A stretch of 64,000 bases of DNA from an uncultured delta proteobacterium (GTDB lineage Bacteria; Desulfobacterota; Binatia; UBA9968): the NCBI GenBank assembly GCA_963745035.1, contig CAVUVW010000013.1, positions 896,001-960,000 of the forward strand, read 5' to 3'. Both the position numbers and the translations under genes were made by a program. Under the pieces are notes generated by a model. That model was not told the origin of the DNA. It was given only the letters and a program-made list of their open reading frames with translations, and made no database searches. This document shows, piece by piece, positions 51,265 through 60,751 of the stretch (its first letter is position 1; every line of letters begins with the position of its first letter).

Positions 51265-52156
51265 ATGGGAACTAAATTCAAGGAAGTGAACACACTTTCG
51301 TTCATCGGCAACATCGGTCCTAAAACGGAACGGGTCTGGAAAGAAGTCGACGAAGAAGTCGACATCGTCGGCTGCAAGGAAAAGTTCGACCGCCCCTGTC
51401 AACTGATCGCGCCGCTGGACTTGCTCAAAAAGGATCTTCCGGGCGACGGGGACACCAGACAGATTCCCATCTTCGTCAATGACGACGTGCGCATGGAGTT
51501 GATGTATTGTCGCTCCGGCAAGGGCGCGGACGGCCGCCGCCCGGCTGGATTTTGCGAAACGCAGATTCAGGTCGAGAACGGGCGCGTGACGAAAACCAGC
51601 GAAGGCGACTTCGAGCTCGCCATGGGCGATGTTCTGGTCGTGCCGCCGAACATCACTCACGAGAACACCGGCGACGGCCCGACCACCCGGCTCATCGTTT
51701 ATACGCGCAGCGCGGTGCAGATCGCGCAGACGTACCCCGTTCAGGAAAGCGTTGTGTCGAACAAGCAATGCACCCTGCTCAAGCCCACGACCGTGCTCGA
51801 CAAGGTCGAAGAAGGCGGCTCGGGCGGCAAACACTTCGAGCTCGTCGAAAACGCCGACATCATGATCGAGACCACGCATCGCTCGGACGCGCAACGGATT
51901 TATCACCGCGGCTTCAACCAGGACGAAGTGGCATTTCAGCTCTCGGGTCGCCGCGCGACCCGCACCAGCCAAGGCGAATATATGCTCGAGACCGGCGATT
52001 TCTTGCTGATCCCGCCGGGAACCTCGCACCGCAACGTCGGCGACATGGCGACGATACGCATCATCCTTTATACGAGAAACCCCGTGCGCTTGGCCGACGA
52101 GTACGTGGAGCGCGCTAAACGAGCGGGCCAACGCGCCGCGTATCGGGATGCAGTGA
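51265..52156 (+). CDS. Double-cupin protein (homogentisate dioxygenase-like); 3' end uncertain
   Basis: Two repeats of T..G.(F/Y).L..GD..V.P...H; the raw ORF continues through a REP element to 52506. Confidence 0.7.
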
Positions 52157-52205
52157 GAGTTTTACCGCCGAGTCCGTCCATGGAAACAGTGACGTCAAGA
52201 ATTCT

Positions 52206-52310
52206 AAATCCCCCTCTATTCGCGCTTTTTCAAAGGGGGACGTTTCCGGGCCCGCCTTTGAGAAAGCATGTCCTGAGTCTGTCGAAGAAAGCGGAAGGGG
52301 ACATTTTGCA
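52206..52310. repeat. CCCCCT..AAAGGGGG-type palindromic intergenic repeat with nested module
   Basis: AAATCCCCCT...AAAGGGGG...GAAGGGGACATTTT; insert GCATGTCCTGAGTCTGTCGAAG at 52266-87. Confidence 0.6.
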
Positions 52311-52336
52311 GACCAATTTAAACGCGAGCAAAACGT

Positions 52337-53318
52337 TTGCTGATCGCGCGTACGATGATAATCACTGCTGTCTCTTTCTGCGCTTGCGAGCGAGGCGCCC
52401 GCCGCTACTCCCGAAAGCATACGCGTTTCCTATGCCACTCTCAGCGCAGCGTACATGGATCACATCTGCGCGATGGACAAAGGCTATCTGCGCGAAGAAG
52501 GTCTAACTGTCGAGGTGATTCGCGCTCCGGGCGGAGTAGCGACTCCCGGTCTTTTGTCAGGACAGTTCCAATTCAGCAGCTCGGCGAGCTCGGCGGTCAG
52601 CGCGGCCGTGCGAGGCGGCCCGGTGAAGATCGTTTACACGAACCTGTCTCGGCCGAGCTATACGTTGGTGTCGGTCAAGCCAGAGATCACTTCCGCCAAG
52701 GAATTGATCGGCAAGAAAATCGCGATCAATAGCTTCGGCGATACCGGCCACCTATCCACGATCCTTTACTTGAAGAAGATGGGCGTGAACCCGTCGTCGG
52801 TGCTTTTCATCGCCGTTGGGCGAAATGAAGTACGTTTTCCCGCGCTCCGCACCGGCGCCATCGACGCCGCCCCATTGGTGCCACGGGATATGGTCGTCTT
52901 GAAAGATCAAAAGCACACCGTCCTTGCCGACTTGGGCAAAGAGGTCCAACTCGTATGGAACGGCGTCGCGGTATCGAGCAAACTCCTGGCGGAAAATCCG
53001 CAATTGGTCGAGCGGTTCCTGCGCGCCTTGGCGAAGGGACGTGAGTTTGCGCGCCGCTATCGCGATGAAACTATCGCGCTCATCAGCAAGCGCGATCCTT
53101 CTCCGCTGGACGCCATAAAGGTGGATTACGACGTGACCCGAGCGAGCATGACCGAAGACGGGTCGCTGCCAGATGAAGTGTTGAGGGACGAAGTCGCGAC
53201 GCGCTCGGAATTGACCAAGGCGGTCAATCCGCCCAGCGCGTCCGCCCTGTTCGATTACAGCATTACGCGCAAAAACTATGCTCAGCTAAAGGCCGCCGGC
53301 TGGCAGCCGGCTCGATAG
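52337..53318 (+). pseudogene. NMT1/THI5-like SBP, +1 frameshift in signal peptide (~52361)
   Basis: MLIARTMI joins SLLSLSALASEAPAATPESIRVSYATLSAAYMDH after removing one A; paralog of 49309-50280. Confidence 0.75.
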
Positions 53319-53323
53319 AGAAA

Positions 53324-54115
53324 ATGAAGCTCGAAGGAAAAATCGCGATCGTCACGGGCTGCAACGGTGAATTCGGCTCGGCCATCGTGCCGGGATTCGC
53401 CGCCGAAGGCTGCGACGTCGCGTGCGTGGATTTCAAGCAAGCCGATGCCGACGTTGCCGCCGAGAAAGTGCGGCAAAAAGGCCGGCGCGCTCTGGCGATT
53501 GCCATCGATCTGCGCAAGGGCGCCGAAGTCGAAGCGATGGTCGAGCAAGTTATCGATGAATTCGGCCGCATCGACATCCTGGTCAACACCACCATGGCTT
53601 CGCACAACCAGGAGTTTCTGAATTTCAAGGAAGAAGATTTTGACGACTCGCTGAGCCGCGGCGTCAAGAGCTACTTTCTTACCTGCCAAGCCGTCGCTCG
53701 AGAAATGGTGAAGCGGCGCTCGGGAAAGATCATCAATCTCAGCTCCATCGTCGGCGTGCTCGGCCCGGGACAAGCCGCTTCATGGACTGCCGATCGCGGC
53801 GGCGTCAACGGTCTTACACGAGCCGCGGCGCACGCGCTGGGATTCTACGGCATCAACGTCAACGCGGTCGCGCGCGGCAACACCGCGCGCAAGCCCTACA
53901 ACGCCGGGGTTCTCGAACGGGTTCGCCGATTGCCGCTAGGAAGAACCGAAACGCCCGAGGACATGGTCGAGCCCTGCGTCTTTCTCGCATCCGAAGGCTC
54001 GAGCTATGTGACCGGAACAATTCTCTACGTCGACGGCGGCTACACCGTCGCCGGCGTCACCGACGACCGCTACCGCCCCGAGTGGGCTCGCAAGGGCGCT
54101 CAAGAAAATCAATAG
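53324..54115 (+). CDS. SDR-fold protein with WxxxR instead of YxxxK
   Basis: TGCNGEFG, GRIDILVN, INLSS, SWTADRGG, YVTG..L.VDGG. Confidence 0.82.
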   Translation: MKLEGKIAIVTGCNGEFGSAIVPGFAAEGCDVACVDFKQADADVAAEKVRQKGRRALAIAIDLRKGAEVEAMVEQVIDEFGRIDILVNTTMASHNQEFLNFKEEDFDDSLSRGVKSYFLTCQAVAREMVKRRSGKIINLSSIVGVLGPGQAASWTADRGGVNGLTRAAAHALGFYGINVNAVARGNTARKPYNAGVLERVRRLPLGRTETPEDMVEPCVFLASEGSSYVTGTILYVDGGYTVAGVTDDRYRPEWARKGAQENQ

Positions 54116-54169
54116 TAGCACTCACTTACATTGGCATATTTCGACTGAGAGGCGAACTCTTTCTATCCC

Positions 54170-54256
54170 GTCATTCCCGCCCAGGCGGGAATGCCAGGCT
54201 GACCTCACTTGGCGCAAAATAAAATCTGGCTGCCCGCGTTACGGGCCTGCGATGGC
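54170..54256. repeat. GTCATTCCC-type REP palindrome pair
   Basis: GTCATTCCCGCCCAGGCGGGAATGCCAGG plus a degenerate right arm; related to 59366 and 62445. Confidence 0.65.
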
Positions 54257-54307
54257 AGCTAACTCCATACCGAAGATTGCTCAAATTTCAGCCGAGCATA
54301 GCAGCGA

Positions 54308-55273
54308 TCAGCATGTTTCATCGGTGAGCGTGCTCTCGGCAAACAACTCTTTGATCTCCAGCCTTCGCTCTGTAATCCCGACCATCTCCGCGTAGCGGAC
54401 CATTTTTTCCAAAACCACGCGGTTGTCTTTGATGTTGTACGGCCAGGCGTCGGGCCCGAAGAGCTCGCGCTCCTCTTCCACCTCGGCGCCGTACCAGGCG
54501 AGAAAAGACCGGCGCGTGTCGCTGACGTGCTTGATTCCCATCTCTTTCGCTTTTGTAAAGGCGTCCACCAGGCTTCGAGCTACCCACGGATGTTTTTCCA
54601 GAATGGAATTTTTCACCACCACAACGTGGCGGATCGGAAAAATCTTCGTGCGCAGATAGTATTCCTTTTCGACTTCGCGAAAATTCGGCCAGAGGCGGCG
54701 CACTCCCGGAAGCCGCGTGTGCTTCGGGCTGATCTCCGGCAGCATGCAAGCATCGACGCCGCCGTGAGGCAGAACGTCTTCGATTTTTTGCCCTTTCGGT
54801 AAGCGCTCGTAGTCCATCCAGTCCGGCGGTTGCCAGCCAGGGACTTGTTCCTGCTGGTTGGTGCGCAGGCGTAGGGAGCGTGCCGGCACGCCGTGGTCTT
54901 CCTCGAGCACGCCGCGCATCCATAGAGATACCGGATTGAAGTGAGCGCGCATGCCGATCACCTTGCCGGCGAAATCCTCGGGCTTGACGATACCGCTCGC
55001 AGTGTTCAAAAGCACGTTGCCGTGGCAGAACTTCCGGTGCGGAAACACCGGGATCGCGGTGAACGGCGCGCCGCGCCCCATCCAGCCGAGAAATACCCCC
55101 ATCTGCAACTCGCAGACGTCGAACTCCAGATCGCGGGAGAAGCGGCGGTGGCGCTCTTCGGACGGCAACGACGCGATGTTCAAATCGAGACCGTCCGCCT
55201 TAACGGTTCCATCCACGAGAAAGCGCGTCCGATCGTATTCGTTGCATGACAGAGTGAGGCGCAGCGGTGTCAT
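54308..55273 (-). CDS. 4,5-dihydroxyphthalate decarboxylase-like protein
   Basis: YDRT..L.DG.V, PVFPHRKF.H, IFPI.H.VV. Confidence 0.82.
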   Translation of the reverse strand: MTPLRLTLSCNEYDRTRFLVDGTVKADGLDLNIASLPSEERHRRFSRDLEFDVCELQMGVFLGWMGRGAPFTAIPVFPHRKFCHGNVLLNTASGIVKPEDFAGKVIGMRAHFNPVSLWMRGVLEEDHGVPARSLRLRTNQQEQVPGWQPPDWMDYERLPKGQKIEDVLPHGGVDACMLPEISPKHTRLPGVRRLWPNFREVEKEYYLRTKIFPIRHVVVVKNSILEKHPWVARSLVDAFTKAKEMGIKHVSDTRRSFLAWYGAEVEEERELFGPDAWPYNIKDNRVVLEKMVRYAEMVGITERRLEIKELFAESTLTDETC

Positions 55274-55274
55274 G

Positions 55275-56228
55275 TCAAGATGCCAATCGAGGTCTCAGCT
55301 CGTGGAGCAGGAGACGCGCCTGGGTACGCACGTCATCCGATGCCATGCGCGCGATGATCGTCGTCAGGCCCGCTTCGGGGTACCCTTTCAGCTTGTCGGC
55401 GCATTCTTGAGGCGTGCCGAAGATCGTGAAGTGATAACTGATTTTCTCTCGGGGTTGCTGGAAAAAATTTTCCATCCACTGCCAGCCTTCTCGGCGCGCG
55501 CGCTCACCGTCGCTGTTGATATTGAACGTCGCATAGAGAGCGCTCACCGGACACTTTCCGGCGCGACCATGCTCCTGAGCATGCTGATCGATCTTCCGCC
55601 GCGCGGCGCCAAACTGCTCTACGGTATGCGCCAAAGTGACCCAGCCGTCGCCCAAGCGCCCTACCCGCTTAAAACCGTTTTCGCTTCGGTCGGCGACAAC
55701 CCAGATCGGGATGCCGGGCTTTTGTACGGGATGGGGCAAGATGCCGACGTTCTTCAATTTGTAGTAGCGGCCATCGAAGTCGATGGTTTTCTCGCTCCAG
55801 AGCCTGCGCATGACTTCGATCGATTCGCTCAGGCGCCCGGCTTTCTCCTGCGGCGGAACTCCGCAGGCAGCGAATTGCCGTTGGATGTAATCCCGCACAG
55901 GTCCCACGCTCACGCCGAGAACGATCCTGCCTTTTGAGATCACGTCCAGAGTAGCGAGCGTGTGCGCCAGCAAGACCGGATTGCGCAACGCGGGCAGCAT
56001 GGGCACCGCACCGATCCTAATGTTGCTCGTGTGCGCCGCCAGCGCGGCCATGGTCGTGAGACAATCGCCCCGCGCCTTGTCCAGCACCGTCACGCTGTCG
56101 CCCAACCAGATATGATCGAACCCCAGCTCTTCTGCTTGCGCCGCATCCGACCACAACTGTTCGAAACTCTTCGCCGCCTCTTCCTGCCGGATGATCTGGC
56201 GCGTATGCAATAACAAACCAATTTCCAT
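55275..56228 (-). CDS. LLM-class flavin-dependent oxidoreductase
   Basis: AEELGFDHIWLGDS, ATLD..S.GR, P.PVQ.PG, GDGW. Confidence 0.9.
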   Translation of the reverse strand: MEIGLLLHTRQIIRQEEAAKSFEQLWSDAAQAEELGFDHIWLGDSVTVLDKARGDCLTTMAALAAHTSNIRIGAVPMLPALRNPVLLAHTLATLDVISKGRIVLGVSVGPVRDYIQRQFAACGVPPQEKAGRLSESIEVMRRLWSEKTIDFDGRYYKLKNVGILPHPVQKPGIPIWVVADRSENGFKRVGRLGDGWVTLAHTVEQFGAARRKIDQHAQEHGRAGKCPVSALYATFNINSDGERARREGWQWMENFFQQPREKISYHFTIFGTPQECADKLKGYPEAGLTTIIARMASDDVRTQARLLLHELRPRLAS

Positions 56229-56281
56229 GTTGCTACGAACCTCGGAATCTGACTATTCACTCCTCACAACTTACTCCTACC

Positions 56282-57310
56282 TTACTTATTCCCCTTCAGC
56301 ACCCGGTCGAGACCGGTTTCACGCAGCTCCTGATAGACTTCCCGCACCAGGCGAAAATCGAAAACCTGCTGCGGCGGTACGTCCTTTTGAATTCCCAGCG
56401 CGTGCCGCCCGATGTCGATGTCGGACTTTTGTGTTTCTAGGTCTTCCGTGCCGTCCGCCGTCATCATCTCCATGGTCGCGTCGTAGTCGGCGTTGCGCAC
56501 ATCGTCCGGAGAGCGATCATATTTTTTGCCGAGCGCCAGCGACTGGCTCTTGTAGCGTTTGAGATACTCTCGTCCCTTGACCGTCGCGCGCAGAAAGCGC
56601 CGCAGCAAATCCGGGCGCCTGGCGAGCAGCTCTTCCGAGGTCGCCAAACCGGTGTAGAGCATTTTGATTTCCTTGCCGATGTCGGCGACTTCGTGCACCG
56701 GATGGCCGCGCGTCTGCAGCAGATGAGAATCGGAAAAACCGAGCACGACCGAATCGACGTTCCGCGTCAGCAAAGAAGTGAGGCGTCCGCCGGTTCCCAG
56801 CGCGATCCAAACGACGTCTCTCATCGGATCCATGCCGTGCTTGCGCAGCAGCAGGTTCGCCGCGCCTTCCATCGTATCGCCGCGCGACGCCACGCCTATC
56901 CCTCTACCGCGCAGATCGGTGACCTTGCGAATCTCCTGGCGCCAGCTCCAAAGCCGATAGAGCGGCCGATCGAGATTGACATAGACGACTTTGAGCTTGA
57001 TGCCGCGCAGGCTCGCGTTTAGCGAAGACCCCGAGGACGTGCTGAAGTGAAGATCGCCGGCGACGAGCGCCTGGGTCGCCAGGCCGCCCGGCATGGCGAT
57101 GATTTCGATATTCAATCCTTCGTCCTGGTAAAAGCCCAGCTCTTTGGCGATGAAGTGCGGATAGTAAATCACGCCGAAGCTCGCGAACGACACTCTCACG
57201 TTCTCGAGCTTCGGACCCTGCGCCCCTAACGGCGCCACGTAGCCCATGAACATTGGCAACAGAAAAATGATCAATCGATAGATCTGCACAATCGCTCCGT
57301 TGTTTTGCAT
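56282..57310 (-). CDS. NMT1/THI5-like ABC substrate-binding protein
   Basis: GFYQDEGL, FSTSSGS, VYVNLDRP.Y. Confidence 0.86.
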   Translation of the reverse strand: MQNNGAIVQIYRLIIFLLPMFMGYVAPLGAQGPKLENVRVSFASFGVIYYPHFIAKELGFYQDEGLNIEIIAMPGGLATQALVAGDLHFSTSSGSSLNASLRGIKLKVVYVNLDRPLYRLWSWRQEIRKVTDLRGRGIGVASRGDTMEGAANLLLRKHGMDPMRDVVWIALGTGGRLTSLLTRNVDSVVLGFSDSHLLQTRGHPVHEVADIGKEIKMLYTGLATSEELLARRPDLLRRFLRATVKGREYLKRYKSQSLALGKKYDRSPDDVRNADYDATMEMMTADGTEDLETQKSDIDIGRHALGIQKDVPPQQVFDFRLVREVYQELRETGLDRVLKGNK

Positions 57311-57405
57311 ATCCTTTCACTACATTGAAACGCAAGCACCGACGACGCCGCGCAACTTGTCTGCCTCCAAGAGCTGCGATATAGAAACGAGGCAAGGAGA
57401 AGTTC

Positions 57406-58305
57406 ATGTCCACTCAAGTTTCCGAGAGCGCTCTCGAGCGCATCGACCACGGCGTGCTGCCGTCCAACGATCTTGGTCGCGCCTTTCGTTTCTGGTCCAC
57501 GTTCATGGGGGCGAAGCTCGGCTTTCATGCCAACTTGAACGCACGGGGCCTCAATCGCGAAGTGCCGATGATCGTTTTCTTCACCGTCGCAAATCACTCA
57601 GGCTTCGGTCTCGCCTTGCAGGACTTTCGCCTGTCGCCAACGCCGGCACGCCCCCAAGAAGGCGTAGTCTGGGGATTCGAAGTCGCGGCTGAAGATCTTT
57701 CGGTAGCCGCAGCCGAAGCGGAAAAGCAAAAGATCCACTGCGAGCACATCGTCGATTATCCGGCCTCGAGTCCGATCAAGGAGTCCCTGTTCGTGCTCGA
57801 TCCCGACGGCAATACGTTGGAACTTTGCATTCGAAAAAAGCCCGCCGACATGCCGGCGCAGCAAGGAGCGATTCCACTGCGCCGGATCAGCCATATCCGA
57901 ATCGAGGTTACCGATCTCGATCAGGCCCGCTCTTGGTACGGCGACACTTTCGGTCTCAAAGAAACCGATCCACTACCCGGCCGAGACCAGTTGACCTTGA
58001 CCGTGCCCAATTCAGGTCAGCTGATCGTCCTCCGCAAAGTTGATCAAGTGGCGGACCGCAGCACGCGCTGCTTCAAGGGACCGCACATCGACTTGCGCTC
58101 GAGCGAGGAGTGCTACCCGGAGATTTTGCGGCGCTTCAATCGCAAGGAAATGTACTGGGGGCCCGATCCCGATCTCATCCCCTGGCATGAGCCGGATCCC
58201 AACACGGCGTACGGCTACGATCCGTTCGGCAATCGCATACAAATCGGCGTCATCGCGAAACGGCCGATGCATTACGGCAACGTGTCGCGCTTCGCCCATT
58301 CGTAA
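57406..58305 (+). CDS. Two-domain VOC family protein
   Basis: RIDH, DPDGNTLE, RISH, DPFGNRIQ. Confidence 0.85.
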   Translation: MSTQVSESALERIDHGVLPSNDLGRAFRFWSTFMGAKLGFHANLNARGLNREVPMIVFFTVANHSGFGLALQDFRLSPTPARPQEGVVWGFEVAAEDLSVAAAEAEKQKIHCEHIVDYPASSPIKESLFVLDPDGNTLELCIRKKPADMPAQQGAIPLRRISHIRIEVTDLDQARSWYGDTFGLKETDPLPGRDQLTLTVPNSGQLIVLRKVDQVADRSTRCFKGPHIDLRSSEECYPEILRRFNRKEMYWGPDPDLIPWHEPDPNTAYGYDPFGNRIQIGVIAKRPMHYGNVSRFAHS

Positions 58306-58326
58306 ACGCTCAACCGTTTCGCTTCG

Positions 58327-59319
58327 ATGACCATCAAGCTTTTTGTTCTTGCTCTCGTCCTCTGGACCGGGAATCTATATTTGACAACGGACGCTTCGCC
58401 CGCCACGGCCGAAGAAAAAGTCCGGTTCTCCGTCGCCGCCGTCACCGGCAGCTACATGGATGAATTCGTCGCCATCGAAAAAGGCTATCATCGCGAAGAA
58501 GGCCTGGCGGTGGAAATGATCCGCGCGGGCGGCGGCATCGCCACCCAGGCGCTCATCGCGGGCGATCTGCACTTCAGCACTTCGGCCGGCTCGGCTCTCA
58601 GCGCCATGCTGCGCGGCGCGGAAATCAAAGTGGTCTATACCAACATCGATCGGCCCGGCTATCAATTGTGGTCGGCCCAACCCGAAATCAAGTCATTGAA
58701 AGATTTGATCGGCAAGAAGATCGGAGTCACCAGTCGCGGCGACACGCAAGAGCTATCGGTTCGCCTGTTGCTCCGCAAGCACGGCATCAATGCCAATTCC
58801 GTCGTATATATTCCCGTCGGCTTCGGCGGCACGCGGTTGGCCGCGCTGCAAGCCGGCACCGTCGATGCCGTGCCTCTCGGCGCTGGCGACTTCGCCCAGC
58901 TCAAACAGACCAAGGGTCATATGTTGGGCGATACCGAAAAGGAGATTCGCTTCGCCTACGTCGGCTTGGCGGTTTCGAGCCGGTTATTGGCGAAGCAGCC
59001 GAATCTGGTCGAGCGTTTTCTCCGCGCCGTCATCAAAGGCAGAGAATATGCGCGGCGGTACCGCGAACAGACGATCACCATCATCGGCAAATACACCCAG
59101 CGCAAGCGTGAATTCAACGAATTCGACTACGATTCGACTTTACCGGTATTGACGGCCGAAGGCTGGGTTTCGGACGATATTTTGAAGGACGACGTCGCCG
59201 TACGCGCGGAATTGGTCGGAGTGCCGCCGCCGGTCAACCACGCGAAATTCTTCGACTACGGCACCGTCAGGAAAATCTATGCGGACCTGAGAAAGACGGG
59301 TTGGAAGCCAACGCCATGA
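58327..59319 (+). CDS. NMT1/THI5-like ABC substrate-binding protein
   Basis: YMDEFVAIEKGY, STSAGS, VYTNIDRP.Y. Confidence 0.87.
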   Translation: MTIKLFVLALVLWTGNLYLTTDASPATAEEKVRFSVAAVTGSYMDEFVAIEKGYHREEGLAVEMIRAGGGIATQALIAGDLHFSTSAGSALSAMLRGAEIKVVYTNIDRPGYQLWSAQPEIKSLKDLIGKKIGVTSRGDTQELSVRLLLRKHGINANSVVYIPVGFGGTRLAALQAGTVDAVPLGAGDFAQLKQTKGHMLGDTEKEIRFAYVGLAVSSRLLAKQPNLVERFLRAVIKGREYARRYREQTITIIGKYTQRKREFNEFDYDSTLPVLTAEGWVSDDILKDDVAVRAELVGVPPPVNHAKFFDYGTVRKIYADLRKTGWKPTP

Positions 59320-59365
59320 GGAAACCCGACGGATTCTGGCTATCACTGGACATGACTGTCATGTC

Positions 59366-59449
59366 GTCATTCCGGCGGAAGCCGGAATCCAGGCGGTGTT
59401 TGGGTCCTGAAGCGCAATGAACCTGGTTGCCGGCCTCCGCCGACATGAC
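59366..59449. repeat. GTCATTCC-type REP palindrome pair
   Basis: GTCATTCCGGCGGAAGCCGGAATCCAGG ... CCTGGTTGCCGGCCTCCGCCGACATGAC. Confidence 0.75.
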
Positions 59450-59526
59450 GGACCTTCACCTGATTGAGCCGAGGGCTTAACCACTCCCGATTAAGACATA
59501 GAAACCAACCGGCCAAAGGAGCGACA

Positions 59527-60642
59527 ATGACCACGACCTACCAGATCGCCGACATGATGCTCGGCGTGCGTAACATGATCGAAGCCGCCGACCTACGCCA
59601 GCGCGACCAAGTCTTGCTCCTCGCCGACACGCGCAGCGACAAGACTACTCTCGAAGCGCTCACCGCCGGGCTGCGCTTTTTCGGCGCCGAGCCGATGACT
59701 CTGCTCACCGAACCGATCGCACGCTACGGGGAAGTGCCGCAAGCGGTGCTCGAAGCGATGCACGCCTCGGACGTAGTGATCTGGGTCTGGCCGGTGTTCA
59801 TCACGTTCACGCCCGCGCACCGCGCCATGGGACGCAAGCGCGAAGAAAGCGGCACGCAGCTCCACGAAAACCGCATGAAGCCTTATCACATTTATTTCGA
59901 AGGCAACGCCGGCCTTCTCGCGCGCGACTACGCGAAGTTTCCCAACAAGGTGCTCTGGAAGCTCGCCGAAAAGGTGCGCGAGGTCGTCGCCGCCGGAAAA
60001 GTGGTTCGTTTGGAAGACTCTCTCGGAACCAATCTTACGGCAACCTACGACGGCAAGCGTCTCTACGGCATGCAGTTTCGCGCCGGCGATCCGCCCGGCC
60101 GCTGCCATTTTCCTTGGGGACGGTGCGGTGTGTTCAACGGCGACGGCCAAGCCAACGGGGAAGTCTATTTAAGTTGCGTTCAAGGCGTCGCTGGAACATT
60201 GCCGCAGCCGATGCGCTGGAAAGTGAAAAATAGCTTGATTACCGAAGTGGACGGCGGCGGCGAAATTGGCGAGGAATGCCTACGACTATTTAAAGACGTT
60301 CCCGAATCGAACCGGCTGATCGAAATCATGTTCGGCTACCATCCGAAAGCCTCGGCGCGGCACGGCATCGCCGATCCCATGCACTGGGAGTTAATCAGCA
60401 AGATGCCGTGGGCCGGCCTTGGCACGCCGCGCAAGCATCCCAACTTCCGCCACATCGACGGCTCGGTGTTCGACGCACGTCTTTACATCGACGACCGGCT
60501 GGTCGTCGATAGACACGGCATGCTCGACCGCGCGCTGCTGCATCATCCGGAAGTGCTCGAAGCGGCGTCCGCATTCGGCGATCCCTACAAAGTGCTCGCG
60601 CCGGTGTCGCACGAAGCCCACGGCTCGGGATCGGCGTGGTAG
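59527..60642 (+). CDS. Peptidase M29-fold protein (NicX / leucyl aminopeptidase-like)
   Basis: VLLLAD, GT.LT, ANG.V, E..FG.HP, HID...D.RL.ID...VV; AAAGGAG RBS. Confidence 0.65.
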   Translation: MTTTYQIADMMLGVRNMIEAADLRQRDQVLLLADTRSDKTTLEALTAGLRFFGAEPMTLLTEPIARYGEVPQAVLEAMHASDVVIWVWPVFITFTPAHRAMGRKREESGTQLHENRMKPYHIYFEGNAGLLARDYAKFPNKVLWKLAEKVREVVAAGKVVRLEDSLGTNLTATYDGKRLYGMQFRAGDPPGRCHFPWGRCGVFNGDGQANGEVYLSCVQGVAGTLPQPMRWKVKNSLITEVDGGGEIGEECLRLFKDVPESNRLIEIMFGYHPKASARHGIADPMHWELISKMPWAGLGTPRKHPNFRHIDGSVFDARLYIDDRLVVDRHGMLDRALLHHPEVLEAASAFGDPYKVLAPVSHEAHGSGSAW

Positions 60643-60751
60643 CGATCAGTGACGCCGCCTGGCATTGGGCGATGCAGATCCGCCGAAGCGCTGGCGAGCT
60701 TCTGCTGGACGAGCCTGACCAGATCGTTTGTGCAAACGGCGATAGCAACTT

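Noticed and set aside
52157-52506. 120-aa C-terminal extension of the double cupin
   Set aside because: It translates an intergenic repeat and overlaps the next gene out of frame
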